A stretch of DNA of 64,000 nt from Bdellovibrionota bacterium. Its GTDB lineage: Bacteria > Bdellovibrionota > UBA2428. The position numbers and the translations under genes were made by a program. The DNA is taken from contig DATLIP010000099.1 in NCBI GenBank assembly GCA_035539375.1, positions 1,394-65,393 on the forward strand. The letters run 5' to 3'. The notes beneath the pieces were generated by a model. That model saw nothing but the letters and a program-made list of their open reading frames with translations. It searched no databases and was not told where the DNA came from. Positions 34,142-42,412 of the stretch are shown here, in pieces. Position 1 is the stretch's first letter, and every line of letters begins with the position of its first letter.

Positions 34142-35215
34142 TCACGTGAGGGTCCGTCCTTTCCAGGTCTTCGGCGTCGCACCAATGCCCAGGGATTTCG
34201 CAAAAACGAATTGATAAAAAAACCACGCCACAGGAAAGAGTACCGCCGTAAGCAGGCGAAAGGATCCCAGGCGTCTCGCGAGCCAGGCCAGCTGACCGGC
34301 AAACAAGACATATGCCACCAGGAGTCCTTCCCGCACGCCGGGCATGGGCACAACGAGTGTCACGAGCGCAGCGAAGATCACCGTACCAAAGCCGGTGAGC
34401 CAGAGTACCGATGCGAGGAGCGCGCGTTTGTCCGTGTGCCGCGCGCCGCGTGCGAAAGCCTTGGTCCAACCTTCGATCAGCGAGTCCAGTCCCCCTGGGA
34501 ACATGCGCACTGAGAGCACGCCGCGCCCGAGGCGAGTCACAGTGCGTACCTTGGCGCTGTGAAAGCGTTCGGTCATGAAAAAGTTTTCCAACACTTCTCC
34601 ACTCACGGCCTGGTGCCCCCCGGCGCGTTCATAGTCGGCACGTCGAACCACAAGGCTCTGGCCCACGAGGCGCCGTGAGCCGGCAGACATCATGAGATTG
34701 AAAAAGATCGAAAGCTCTTCGTAGGCGTGCACCACGCGATGCCATGGCAGCACGGAAAGCGCGGTGGGAGCTTCGCGGTTGAGCTCTTCAAAATGAGTGA
34801 GGATCGATTGGAAGCCGTTGGCCTCGAAGCACACATCGGCATCCACAAAGAAAAAGAGCTCACCTCTCGCTGCCGTGGCACCTTGGTGGCAGGCCCAGTT
34901 TTTTCCCGTCCATCCCGCGGCGGGTAGTGGCTGAGCCCGAATCACGTGCGCACCGAGCTCGGTTGCCACGGAGGCGGTGTCATCATTCGAATCGTCGTCT
35001 ACGACAAGGACTTCTTCGGGGCGATGAGAGGTGGCAAAGATCGAGGGCAGGAGAACGCGCAGATTTTCCGCTTCATTGCGAGCGGGAATGATGATCGACA
35101 CGCGGAGCGCAGAAGGGGCGTTTGACTTGGGGACGCCACGTCGAGCTCCGATCACTCCAAAGCCCGCGAGCCAAGTGAGGGCGAGTCCCAGCATCAGCCA
35201 CGCGAGAGCGCTCAT
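34142..35215 (-). CDS. crtQ: Family 2 glycosyltransferase, CrtQ-like (diaponeurosporenoate glycosyltransferase)
   Basis: VSIIIPARNEAENL, VVDDDSNDDT and a membrane-spanning C-terminus. The position between crtP-like and crtO-like genes supports the call. Confidence 0.7.
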   Translation of the reverse strand: MSALAWLMLGLALTWLAGFGVIGARRGVPKSNAPSALRVSIIIPARNEAENLRVLLPSIFATSHRPEEVLVVDDDSNDDTASVATELGAHVIRAQPLPAAGWTGKNWACHQGATAARGELFFFVDADVCFEANGFQSILTHFEELNREAPTALSVLPWHRVVHAYEELSIFFNLMMSAGSRRLVGQSLVVRRADYERAGGHQAVSGEVLENFFMTERFHSAKVRTVTRLGRGVLSVRMFPGGLDSLIEGWTKAFARGARHTDKRALLASVLWLTGFGTVIFAALVTLVVPMPGVREGLLVAYVLFAGQLAWLARRLGSFRLLTAVLFPVAWFFYQFVFAKSLGIGATPKTWKGRTLT

Positions 35216-36720
35216 GAGCGGGATCCACGCTCGTCGCGATCGATGAGATCCGCCACATGTCGTCCACAGAGAACCACCATCGGCATGCCACCTCCGGGGT
35301 TCACGCTACCGCCCGCAAAAAACAAATTGCGGTATTTGTTGCTGCGCTTGGGTGCCTTGAACGCGAAATTTTTGAAACGATCGGAGACGACGCCGTATAT
35401 CGAACCTCCGTTGGAGCGGTAGCGCTTTTCGATGTCGAAGGGCGTCCAAAAGTCTTCCACCACGGTGTGCTTGCGCAATCCCTCGAGTCCCATGCGCTCC
35501 AACTTGTCGAGAACCCGTTCTTTGAGTGCGAGACAGTCTTCGCGGGTGTACTTGCCGTTGAGATAGGGAATGTGCGGAAGGATCTTGATGTTGTCATGCC
35601 CCTCGGGAGCCTGCGAAGGGTCTGTGCGCGTGGGGGCTACGAGATAAATCGTAGGATCGTCTGGCAACTTGCCCTCACGAAAAACACGATCGAAGTGTCG
35701 ATGCTGATCTTTAGAGTAAAAGAAATTGTGGTGCGCCAGTTGCGGGTAGGTGCGGTTGAGGCCCAGGTGCAAAACAATTCCGGAGCAAGCGGGTTCGAAT
35801 TTTTCTAGCTTGCGCATAAAACCGTCGCTCTCACCAAGCAGCTCGCGGTAGGCGGGAAGCACTTCCATGTTGGAGACCACGTAGTCGGCCTCAAAGTCAC
35901 GGCTGGGGCCGCGTTCGATACGGGAGCGGATTCCGGTGACGCGATCGCCCTGGCGGGTGATCGATTCCACTTCGGCGTTCAGGTGCACGGTCACACCGAG
36001 TTCGCTGAGACGTGTCTCAAAAGCGTGCGCCAATTCGTAGAGGCCGCCCTGAATGTACCACAGGCCAAATTCGAGTTGAATGTTGGGCATGAGGTTCATA
36101 AATCCTGGCGCATCGTTGGCCGAAGCGCCGACGTACTTGATGAAGTACTCAAAGATGGCCTGCAGGTATGGGTCGCGCGTGCGCTTGGCGATGCCGCCGC
36201 GCATGGAGTGCCAAAAGTCAAAGCCCCGCCCGTCGCGCCAGCCGTAAAACTTCACAAAATCCCAAAAGGTATCGAGTCCTTTTGCGAAGTATCCCCGCTC
36301 TGTGATGTCGTACTGTGCTTTGGAGTAGCGCAGCATCTCGCGGTATTCGGCAAAGGCGTGGGGGCCAAGGCGTTCGAGCTCACGCTCCATGTCCGCTTCG
36401 CGTTCCCACAAATCCACGGTGGTGCCGTCTTCAAAGAAGTTTCGCCACTGCGGATCCACGCGTACGAGCTTGATGTAGTCTTCGAGCCGACGCCCGTTTT
36501 GCTCAAAGAGGGGGCGAAACATATGTGGCAGTGTGAAAATCGAAGGGCCTAGGTCAAAGCTAAAACCTCCTTCGCGTAGCACGTTGAGTTTGCCGCCGAT
36601 GCGATCGTTGCGTTCAAAGATCTCCACGCGGTAGCCCTTCATAGCAAGCGATGTGGCGGCGGCAAGACCACCGAGTCCAGCACCGACAACAATCACCTTG
36701 GGAGTCTTGGGTTTGCTCAT
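35212..36720 (-). CDS. crtP: Phytoene-desaturase-family FAD oxidoreductase, CrtP/CrtNb-like (diapolycopene/diaponeurosporene oxygenase)
   Basis: Dinucleotide fold VIVVGAGLGGLAAA...FERNDRIGGK. The C-terminal GGSIYG...FFAGGSVNPGGGMP block is one I associate with CrtP-type members. Confidence 0.65.
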   Translation of the reverse strand: MSKPKTPKVIVVGAGLGGLAAATSLAMKGYRVEIFERNDRIGGKLNVLREGGFSFDLGPSIFTLPHMFRPLFEQNGRRLEDYIKLVRVDPQWRNFFEDGTTVDLWEREADMERELERLGPHAFAEYREMLRYSKAQYDITERGYFAKGLDTFWDFVKFYGWRDGRGFDFWHSMRGGIAKRTRDPYLQAIFEYFIKYVGASANDAPGFMNLMPNIQLEFGLWYIQGGLYELAHAFETRLSELGVTVHLNAEVESITRQGDRVTGIRSRIERGPSRDFEADYVVSNMEVLPAYRELLGESDGFMRKLEKFEPACSGIVLHLGLNRTYPQLAHHNFFYSKDQHRHFDRVFREGKLPDDPTIYLVAPTRTDPSQAPEGHDNIKILPHIPYLNGKYTREDCLALKERVLDKLERMGLEGLRKHTVVEDFWTPFDIEKRYRSNGGSIYGVVSDRFKNFAFKAPKRSNKYRNLFFAGGSVNPGGGMPMVVLCGRHVADLIDRDERGSRS

Positions 36721-36730
36721 AGAACGATCC

Positions 36731-37159
36731 TCACTTCACCATCCGCACGTTCAGCGGATGGATTTCCTCGTGCACGGTGAACTTGGACTCGTCGTAGTTC
36801 GGTGGTCCGAATCGGTACTTGGGATTGTTTGAGGCCCCCGCAGGTTCGCGCGGAATGCCGAGAAAGTTTTTATTGAGCGCGCCATCACCGTTCAAGTCTT
36901 CGAAAATCACGAGGGCGTATTCCCCAGCTTTGACGTCGTTGATCGAAAAGCGTGCTACGCTCTCACCTTCTTTAAGATCAAAGCGTGCGAAGTCTTTGCG
37001 CAAGGCGTGCTCCTTTTCCGAAGGAAACCCCTTTTTGTTATCAAAAAGCGCGTAAGCGATTTGGCCCGAGCGTCCTGTAAGATTCTCCACCTCAACGCGA
37101 AGTTCGGCAGCTAGGGTGGGCATGGCGATGAGTGTGGTCACGAGAGCCAAGGCTTTCAT
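36731..37159 (-). CDS. DUF2141 domain-containing secreted protein embedded in the carotenoid operon
   Basis: A signal peptide, then L.V.V.NL....G.I..ALF...,  ...DLNGDG.LNKNFLGIPREP.G.SNN, the DUF2141 signature. The ATGA start overlaps the upstream crtN-like gene. Confidence 0.75.
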   Translation of the reverse strand: MKALALVTTLIAMPTLAAELRVEVENLTGRSGQIAYALFDNKKGFPSEKEHALRKDFARFDLKEGESVARFSINDVKAGEYALVIFEDLNGDGALNKNFLGIPREPAGASNNPKYRFGPPNYDESKFTVHEEIHPLNVRMVK

Positions 37160-38700
37160 AGCCTCAACTCCGAGAATTCTTTAGCCTTAGGGAAGGTAAT
37201 GCCGTCGCGTTCGCAGAGCAGGTTTGCCGAAATGCGGGCCGATTCAAAGATCGTAGGCAAGCCGCTTCCTGGATGCGTACCGCCTCCTACCAAGTAGCAA
37301 TCCGAGATTTCTTCGAACTCGTTGTGCGGCCGGCGGTAGAGCATTTGCGAAATGTTATGGCCCATGTTGAAGGTGGCTCCCAAAAATACGGAGCGCTTGT
37401 TCTGCCAGTCGTCCGGGGTGAGTATCAGCTCCGAGCGGATGTGCTGTCGAACATTCTTGTAAGGGCTACGCTCTTCGAGAATCTTGAGAATCCGCTCGCG
37501 GTAGACAGCTTTTTCTGTGGCCCAGTCGATGCCACTCGTGTTGTTGGGCACGGGGCAGAGCACATAGAGAGCCGAATGTCCCTCGGGTGCGCAGCCCGGA
37601 TCGAGGGTTACCGAGTTGCGTACGTAGACGGAGACATCTTCAGAGGCCACCTTGCGATGCGATATGTCTTCGAGGTTTTTTTGGTAATCCTTGGCAAAGA
37701 CAATCATGTGGTGCTCGCAGTCGGGGTAGGTGCGGTCCAGGCCGAGGTACATCATGAAGGTCGAGCAGGAGTAGTTCAAAGTTTTGAGCTTTTCGGGAGC
37801 GTATTTTTTGATTCGTTCACGCGGAAACAGATGTTCCATGGCATGACCGAAGTCCGCATTTACAAAGACCGCATCGGCATCCACCGACTCTCCATCGGCA
37901 AGCTCGACGCCCACGGCGCGCTGACCCTCGAGGCGTACCCGCTTCACTGGGCGCTCGGTATGAATCTGGGCACCGAATTCCTTAGCAACCGTGGCCAGGG
38001 CGTCGGTGATTTTATTAAGTCCACCCATCACATGATAAATGCCATGAGCGTGTTCGGTGTAGGGGATCATTGCAAAGAGCCCCGGACAATCCCAGGGCGA
38101 CATGCCGAGGTATTTGGACTGAAAGGTGAAAGCTAGGCGTAGCTCTTCGGAGCGGAAGTATTCTCCCAGCACATCGTAAAGCGATTTGCCCGCGGCCAAA
38201 TGCGGGAAGGCTTTCAGTAGAGTGGTGCTAAAGAATTGGCTGAGACGGCCGTAGTCGCGCTGCAGGCAGGGGTAGAGGCGTTCGAAGCGCTTTGATTCGC
38301 GCTCGTGAAATTTGTCGAGTGCCGGTCCCTCACCGGGAAAGTGCTTTTCGATCTCGAGCTTCATCCGCTCGCGGTCTTCAGTGACGAGCATCTCCTTGGC
38401 GTCAAAAATCAGTCGATACATAGGGTCGAGACGGCGACAGTCGAGGTAATCGCGGATGTCACGGCCGCATTCTGTAAAGAGCTCGTCGAGCAGATACTTC
38501 ATCATCAGAAAGGTCGGGCCCAGGTCGAAACGGTATTTGCCGTCGAGCACGACCTCGGCATTGCGCCCACCTAGGGCGGATTCTTTTTCGTAGACCGTTA
38601 CCCGGTAACCCCGGGCACCCAGGATCATGGCGGCCGCTAGCCCCCCCGGTCCGGCTCCGATGATCACCACGTGTTTTTGCGCTTGAGAAGATGGGCTCAT
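37156..38700 (-). CDS. crtN: Phytoene/dehydrosqualene desaturase family protein (CrtN/CrtI-like)
   Basis: HVVIIGAGPGGLAAA...YEKESALGGR. YSCSTFMMYLGLD, SVYVRNSVTLDPGCAPEG and LVGGGTHPGSGLP align with S. aureus CrtN blocks from memory. ATG 38700 was chosen. Confidence 0.75.
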   Translation of the reverse strand: MSPSSQAQKHVVIIGAGPGGLAAAMILGARGYRVTVYEKESALGGRNAEVVLDGKYRFDLGPTFLMMKYLLDELFTECGRDIRDYLDCRRLDPMYRLIFDAKEMLVTEDRERMKLEIEKHFPGEGPALDKFHERESKRFERLYPCLQRDYGRLSQFFSTTLLKAFPHLAAGKSLYDVLGEYFRSEELRLAFTFQSKYLGMSPWDCPGLFAMIPYTEHAHGIYHVMGGLNKITDALATVAKEFGAQIHTERPVKRVRLEGQRAVGVELADGESVDADAVFVNADFGHAMEHLFPRERIKKYAPEKLKTLNYSCSTFMMYLGLDRTYPDCEHHMIVFAKDYQKNLEDISHRKVASEDVSVYVRNSVTLDPGCAPEGHSALYVLCPVPNNTSGIDWATEKAVYRERILKILEERSPYKNVRQHIRSELILTPDDWQNKRSVFLGATFNMGHNISQMLYRRPHNEFEEISDCYLVGGGTHPGSGLPTIFESARISANLLCERDGITFPKAKEFSELRL

Positions 38701-38813
38701 GGCTAAAATGTAGGCGCAACCCGCTAGGATGTCGATTGACCTACAAACCAGCTTAAAAATAAGCCAAAATCCTGACGCGTAAACGTTTTTTCTCAAAACA
38801 CCGAAAGAGAGTT

Positions 38814-39677
38814 ATGGAACAGCTCACGATCGGGATGGCCGTCTACGAAGATTTCGACGGCGTGTATTTTTCGATACAGGCTCTGCGCTATTATCACCAA
38901 GAAGCGCCGATGAGTCGCATCAAGTTTCTCGTTGTGGACAACTGTCCATCCGGAAAACATTCTGAGACGATCCGAAAATTCGTCGAAGGCATCGGGGGCA
39001 CATACATCGGCACTGACGAAGTCAAAGGCACGGCCGTACGCAATTTGATTTTTGAACGCGCGCAAACCGAGCTTGTTCTCTGTATGGATTCGCATGTGCT
39101 CATCGAGCCTGGCGCGGTTCGTCAGCTTCTTGAGTATTACGACAAACACCCCCAGAGCCAAGACTTGCTGCAGGGGCCGCTAGTTTACGACGACATTTAT
39201 CACATGGCTTCGCACTTTCAGCCCGAGTGGCGCGGTGGCATGTACGGTACTTGGGCGTGGGACGAACGCGCACGTCACAAGAACGATGCGCCCTTCGCGA
39301 TTCCTTCGCAGGGCCTCGGACTTTTTTCTTGCCGTAAGTCGGCGTGGCTCGGATTCAACCGCCGTTTCTCCGGATTTGGCGGTGAAGAATTTTACATTCA
39401 CGAAAAGTTTCGTCAGGCGGGTCGCCAGGCGCTGTGTCTGCCCTTTCTGCGTTGGCTGCATCGTTTTGGTCGCCCCAATGGCACCATCTACCGCAACAAG
39501 TGGGAAGATCGCATTCGTAATTACCTCATTGGTTGGCGCGAATTGAATTTGCCCACCGAGGAGCTCGAAGCGCATTTTGCGACCATCGTAGGTCCAAAAA
39601 TCGTGGAGCAAGTGAAAGACGGAGTGCTGAGCGAAGATGCGGCGCTTGATCCAGCTGCCAAACGCAAAGCAGCCTAA
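38814..39677 (+). CDS. Family 2-like glycosyltransferase (divergent from crt operon)
   Basis: A GT-A-like N-terminus (IGMAVYEDFDGVYFSIQAL...FLVVDNCPSGKHSE...CMDSH), soluble, 287 aa. Confidence 0.6.
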   Translation: MEQLTIGMAVYEDFDGVYFSIQALRYYHQEAPMSRIKFLVVDNCPSGKHSETIRKFVEGIGGTYIGTDEVKGTAVRNLIFERAQTELVLCMDSHVLIEPGAVRQLLEYYDKHPQSQDLLQGPLVYDDIYHMASHFQPEWRGGMYGTWAWDERARHKNDAPFAIPSQGLGLFSCRKSAWLGFNRRFSGFGGEEFYIHEKFRQAGRQALCLPFLRWLHRFGRPNGTIYRNKWEDRIRNYLIGWRELNLPTEELEAHFATIVGPKIVEQVKDGVLSEDAALDPAAKRKAA

Positions 39678-39688
39678 TCGGTTTCGAC

Positions 39689-39973
39689 TTAGCGTAAAAA
39701 AATCACTCCGAAGAGCGTTCCCGCCATCACCACAAGAATCAGGTTGAAGGCGGCCAGGAGTTTTAGTTTTTTCGTAAGATGCTCGTCTTCGCGAGCTTCA
39801 GGCAGCAATCGTTTGGAGATGTAGATCGCGAGCAAAAGATTTCCCAATCCGGGCAGCGATACGATCGAGATTTTGGTGAGCATGAAAACAATGCCTAGTT
39901 TTTGATTGGGCGGAGGCGGTGCCAGCGTGGGGGGAGCCTCGGGCGGTAGATTTTCGCTGGGGAGGTTCACCAT
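39689..39973 (-). CDS. Small membrane protein (Pro-rich N-terminus, two predicted TM helices)
   Basis: The ORF has an ATG start. Hydrophobic stretches are GIVFMLTKISIVSLPGLGNLLLAIYI and LLAAFNLILVVMAGTLFGVIFL. No family recognised. Confidence 0.45.
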   Translation of the reverse strand: MVNLPSENLPPEAPPTLAPPPPNQKLGIVFMLTKISIVSLPGLGNLLLAIYISKRLLPEAREDEHLTKKLKLLAAFNLILVVMAGTLFGVIFLR

Positions 39974-40138
39974 AATATGATCGCACGTTTTGCTCCAATT
40001 TTGGAGATGAGCATATTGGCGGTCCTTTAGAATGCGGCTATCCTTAAAAGGAGCTTAATTTCAATGGTTTGGCCGCTGCATCAATCTTAATCAAATCTTC
40101 AACGCCCCGCACCCTAATGTTGCCGATACGATAGAGGT

Positions 40139-41641
40139 ATGAAAAAGTCTTCTACATCGCGAAGGGTGCTCCCGGGTCTTGGATCACCACAGTGGCTCAA
40201 TCGCTGCGCGACGTGGGCACTGCTGGTGGTCTCGGTCTCCCAACTCACAAGTTGTGGCTATTATATGGCGACCGCCGACCAAGAAGCGATCCCACCTCTT
40301 GGTGATGAAGACTCGGCTCTTTCGCTTTCGATTCGCGGCAAGGTGAATCTCGACGACGATACCTTGGCCGACATTCTCACCCTCGACCCTAGCGCCAAAC
40401 CCCTCAAAGGTTGGGCGATTCGTTTGACCTCAGTGCTCGGTAGCCCCACGGTATATACAGACACTTCGGTGCTTGTGGCCTTTACCGACGACGAGGGTAA
40501 TTTCACCATTCAAGGCGTTCCCGACGATTCCTATCGCGTGATCGCGGTGCCTCCAGCTGATTTCGTTCCGGCCCTCGACTCCGAAATGGATACCGACGGC
40601 GTCAACGATGGTTCGGTGCTCGGCTATCTGAGCCTCTCGGACACGCCATATTTGACCTTTGATTTTACCAAGAAAGTTCCCTCCACCACACTCGCTCCGG
40701 ATTGCGATCCCAACTGCTTCCGCATCTCCGGTGTGGTGTACATGAACAAATCTAGCGACGCGCAAACGGCACTCGACGGAGCTGACGGCCTCTTCGAAGG
40801 CGCGGTCGTTGAGCTCTATTATGGTCCCTGGGGCTCGCGCACCGAAGGTTCGCGTGTGCTCGACGGTGACGGTTATCCCATACGCGCCGTAACCGACTCC
40901 AATGGTCGTTATGAATTCGAAGTTGCGGCGGACTCCTATAAAGTTGTCGTCGCTCCCGAGCTCACCAACATGCAATTCAACTGGGAATCGACGTCCGACG
41001 GACGCTTCGACGGCGCGACCAACGTGCTCGTGAGCAGCGCCGACGTTGAAAACGTGAACTTCGGTATTGTTTACAATGCCGATCTCGAAGATCGCGCAGC
41101 CATCGTTTACGATCCGAACACCACAATGGATCCGGGGACGACCGCCGACCCCGGCACGACTCCCGCGGTGACCACCACGCCTTACGCAACCACGACTCCG
41201 GAAGCGACAACTGCAGCTCCTACGACTCCGGCGCCTACGACCGCGGCACCGACCACTCCAGCTCCGACAACCGCAGCTCCTACGACTCCGGCTCCGACGA
41301 CGGTTCCTCCGACAACACCGGAACCTACAACCGCAGCTCCTACGACTCCGGCGCCTACGACCGCGGCACCGACCACTCCAGCTCCGACAACCGCAGCTCC
41401 CACGACTCCGGCGCCTACGACCGCGGCGCCTACCACGCCGATGGCAACGACACCGGAACCTACCACTTCGTATTACGCAGGTACGACTTCGGATCCTTAT
41501 GCGACGACGACTTACGATCCTTACGGAACGACACCGTCACCTACCACTTCGTATTATGCCGGTACGACTTCGGATCCGTACGCCACCACAACCTACGACC
41601 CTTACGGTACGACTCCGTGGCCTACCACGACTGGCTACTAA
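40139..41641 (+). CDS. Lipoprotein with two CarboxypepD_reg/SdrD-B-like beta-sandwich domains and a mucin-like Pro/Thr-rich repeat tail
   Basis: Lipobox QLTSC. FTDDEGNFTIQGVPDDSYRVIAVP and VTDSNGRYEFEVAADSYKVVVAP are typical T-D-x-x-G-x-Y-x-F motifs. The C-terminal 150 aa is (TTPAPTTAAP)n followed by 2 x 27-aa Tyr/Thr repeats. Confidence 0.8.
   Translation: MKKSSTSRRVLPGLGSPQWLNRCATWALLVVSVSQLTSCGYYMATADQEAIPPLGDEDSALSLSIRGKVNLDDDTLADILTLDPSAKPLKGWAIRLTSVLGSPTVYTDTSVLVAFTDDEGNFTIQGVPDDSYRVIAVPPADFVPALDSEMDTDGVNDGSVLGYLSLSDTPYLTFDFTKKVPSTTLAPDCDPNCFRISGVVYMNKSSDAQTALDGADGLFEGAVVELYYGPWGSRTEGSRVLDGDGYPIRAVTDSNGRYEFEVAADSYKVVVAPELTNMQFNWESTSDGRFDGATNVLVSSADVENVNFGIVYNADLEDRAAIVYDPNTTMDPGTTADPGTTPAVTTTPYATTTPEATTAAPTTPAPTTAAPTTPAPTTAAPTTPAPTTVPPTTPEPTTAAPTTPAPTTAAPTTPAPTTAAPTTPAPTTAAPTTPMATTPEPTTSYYAGTTSDPYATTTYDPYGTTPSPTTSYYAGTTSDPYATTTYDPYGTTPWPTTTGY
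41189..41458 (+). repeat. In-frame 30-nt tandem repeat (about 9 units, TTPAPTTAAP) with a 120-nt higher-order period
   Basis: Units acgactccggcgcctacgaccgcggcaccg/accactccagctccgacaaccgcagctcct recur. The block starting near 41207 is repeated almost exactly 120 nt later. Confidence 0.9.
41459..41620 (+). repeat. 2 x 81-nt tandem repeat encoding PTTSYYAGTTSDPYATTTYDPYGTTP(S/W)
   Basis: Direct reading of nucleotide and protein sequence. The two units differ at only a few positions. Confidence 0.9.
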
Positions 41642-42345
41642 GGCTGAGTCAACAGGGCGTGGGTCTCATACATGGCTTCAGGCTCCATGCGGTGCAGATG
41701 CACTGTGAGATGCTTAGCCAAAAAAGCGCGGTTCGGAAGTTTCATTCCTGAGACTTCGATATAATCCTGCTTGTTCCAAAAGTTTAGGCTAGGCACCAGC
41801 TGGTGATTTGCGTGTAGCACGATGCCGTTCGTATGTAGACATTGCCCGACGGCAAGATCTTCGTAGGGTTGTTGCGCAAAGTTTTCATCTTCCACCACGC
41901 AGCGCATGGCGCGTCTATCAATAAAGTATCCCGCTCCGCCGCTTCCGTACTCGAAGTGGGCTTCGGGAGTGGGCATTGGATAACCCTCGTACGCTGTGTT
42001 CACTTCGTGCGCGGCAAAGGCACGCGCGTTGATCAGGGTGTCGTCGTCGCATTTGAACACGTGGGTGGCCGAGTTTTGCTCGAGCACCCACTTAAAGAAA
42101 AGTTGAGACTTTTGCGCCAGTGCTTCGTAGGTGTCAGGGCAGCGTAGGCTCAGGCGCCCGATATCGCGATCAAAATCAAAGAGCGCATGCTGATTCTCGT
42201 CAGCGATCACCTGCACAACGCGCGTGCGCGGACAGATTTCGAGCAAGTCCGGAATCCAGGTATCGACACAGGCCTGCAGACGATCCACGTATTTTTGGCA
42301 AGAAACCACCCCCACGATCAAATCCAAATTCTCAACTCGAGCCAT
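41638..42345 (-). CDS. Fringe-like / GT31-like glycosyltransferase (cytoplasmic, 235 aa)
   Basis: DTW, PDTYEALAQKSQLFFKWVL, DxD motif KCDDDT, GSGGAGYFI and EDLAVGQCL reproduce the conserved block order of the Fringe/beta-1,3-GalT (GT31) fold. ATG 42345 was chosen; the upstream part of the ORF overlaps the next gene. Confidence 0.6.
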   Translation of the reverse strand: MARVENLDLIVGVVSCQKYVDRLQACVDTWIPDLLEICPRTRVVQVIADENQHALFDFDRDIGRLSLRCPDTYEALAQKSQLFFKWVLEQNSATHVFKCDDDTLINARAFAAHEVNTAYEGYPMPTPEAHFEYGSGGAGYFIDRRAMRCVVEDENFAQQPYEDLAVGQCLHTNGIVLHANHQLVPSLNFWNKQDYIEVSGMKLPNRAFLAKHLTVHLHRMEPEAMYETHALLTQP

Positions 42346-42412
42346 GTGCTTTGCGTATCCCCCGTTATTACAATTGTAGCGCGCGCTCCGGCCAAGGTAA
42401 ACGCCATCGCGC

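Noticed and set aside
40095-40129. A third copy of the conserved lipoprotein leader / sigma-28-like -10 (TCTTCAAC ... GCCGATAC) upstream of the PT-repeat lipoprotein.
   Set aside because: Only two short words match. The GCCGATAC element ends 9 nt before the ATG, so a transcript from it would lack the SD (AGAGG at 40132-40136). The similarity is probably fortuitous.
41182-41466. Antisense ORF encoding (GAAVVGAGVV)n.
   Set aside because: It is the mirror image of the in-frame Pro/Thr repeat of the 40139-41641 lipoprotein, so it is an artefact of the repeat.
41189-41620. Possible CRISPR array suggested by regularly spaced repeats.
   Set aside because: The units are contiguous with no unique spacers, have 30/81-nt periods in a continuous reading frame, and encode a coherent PT-rich protein tail. 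No cas genes are present.
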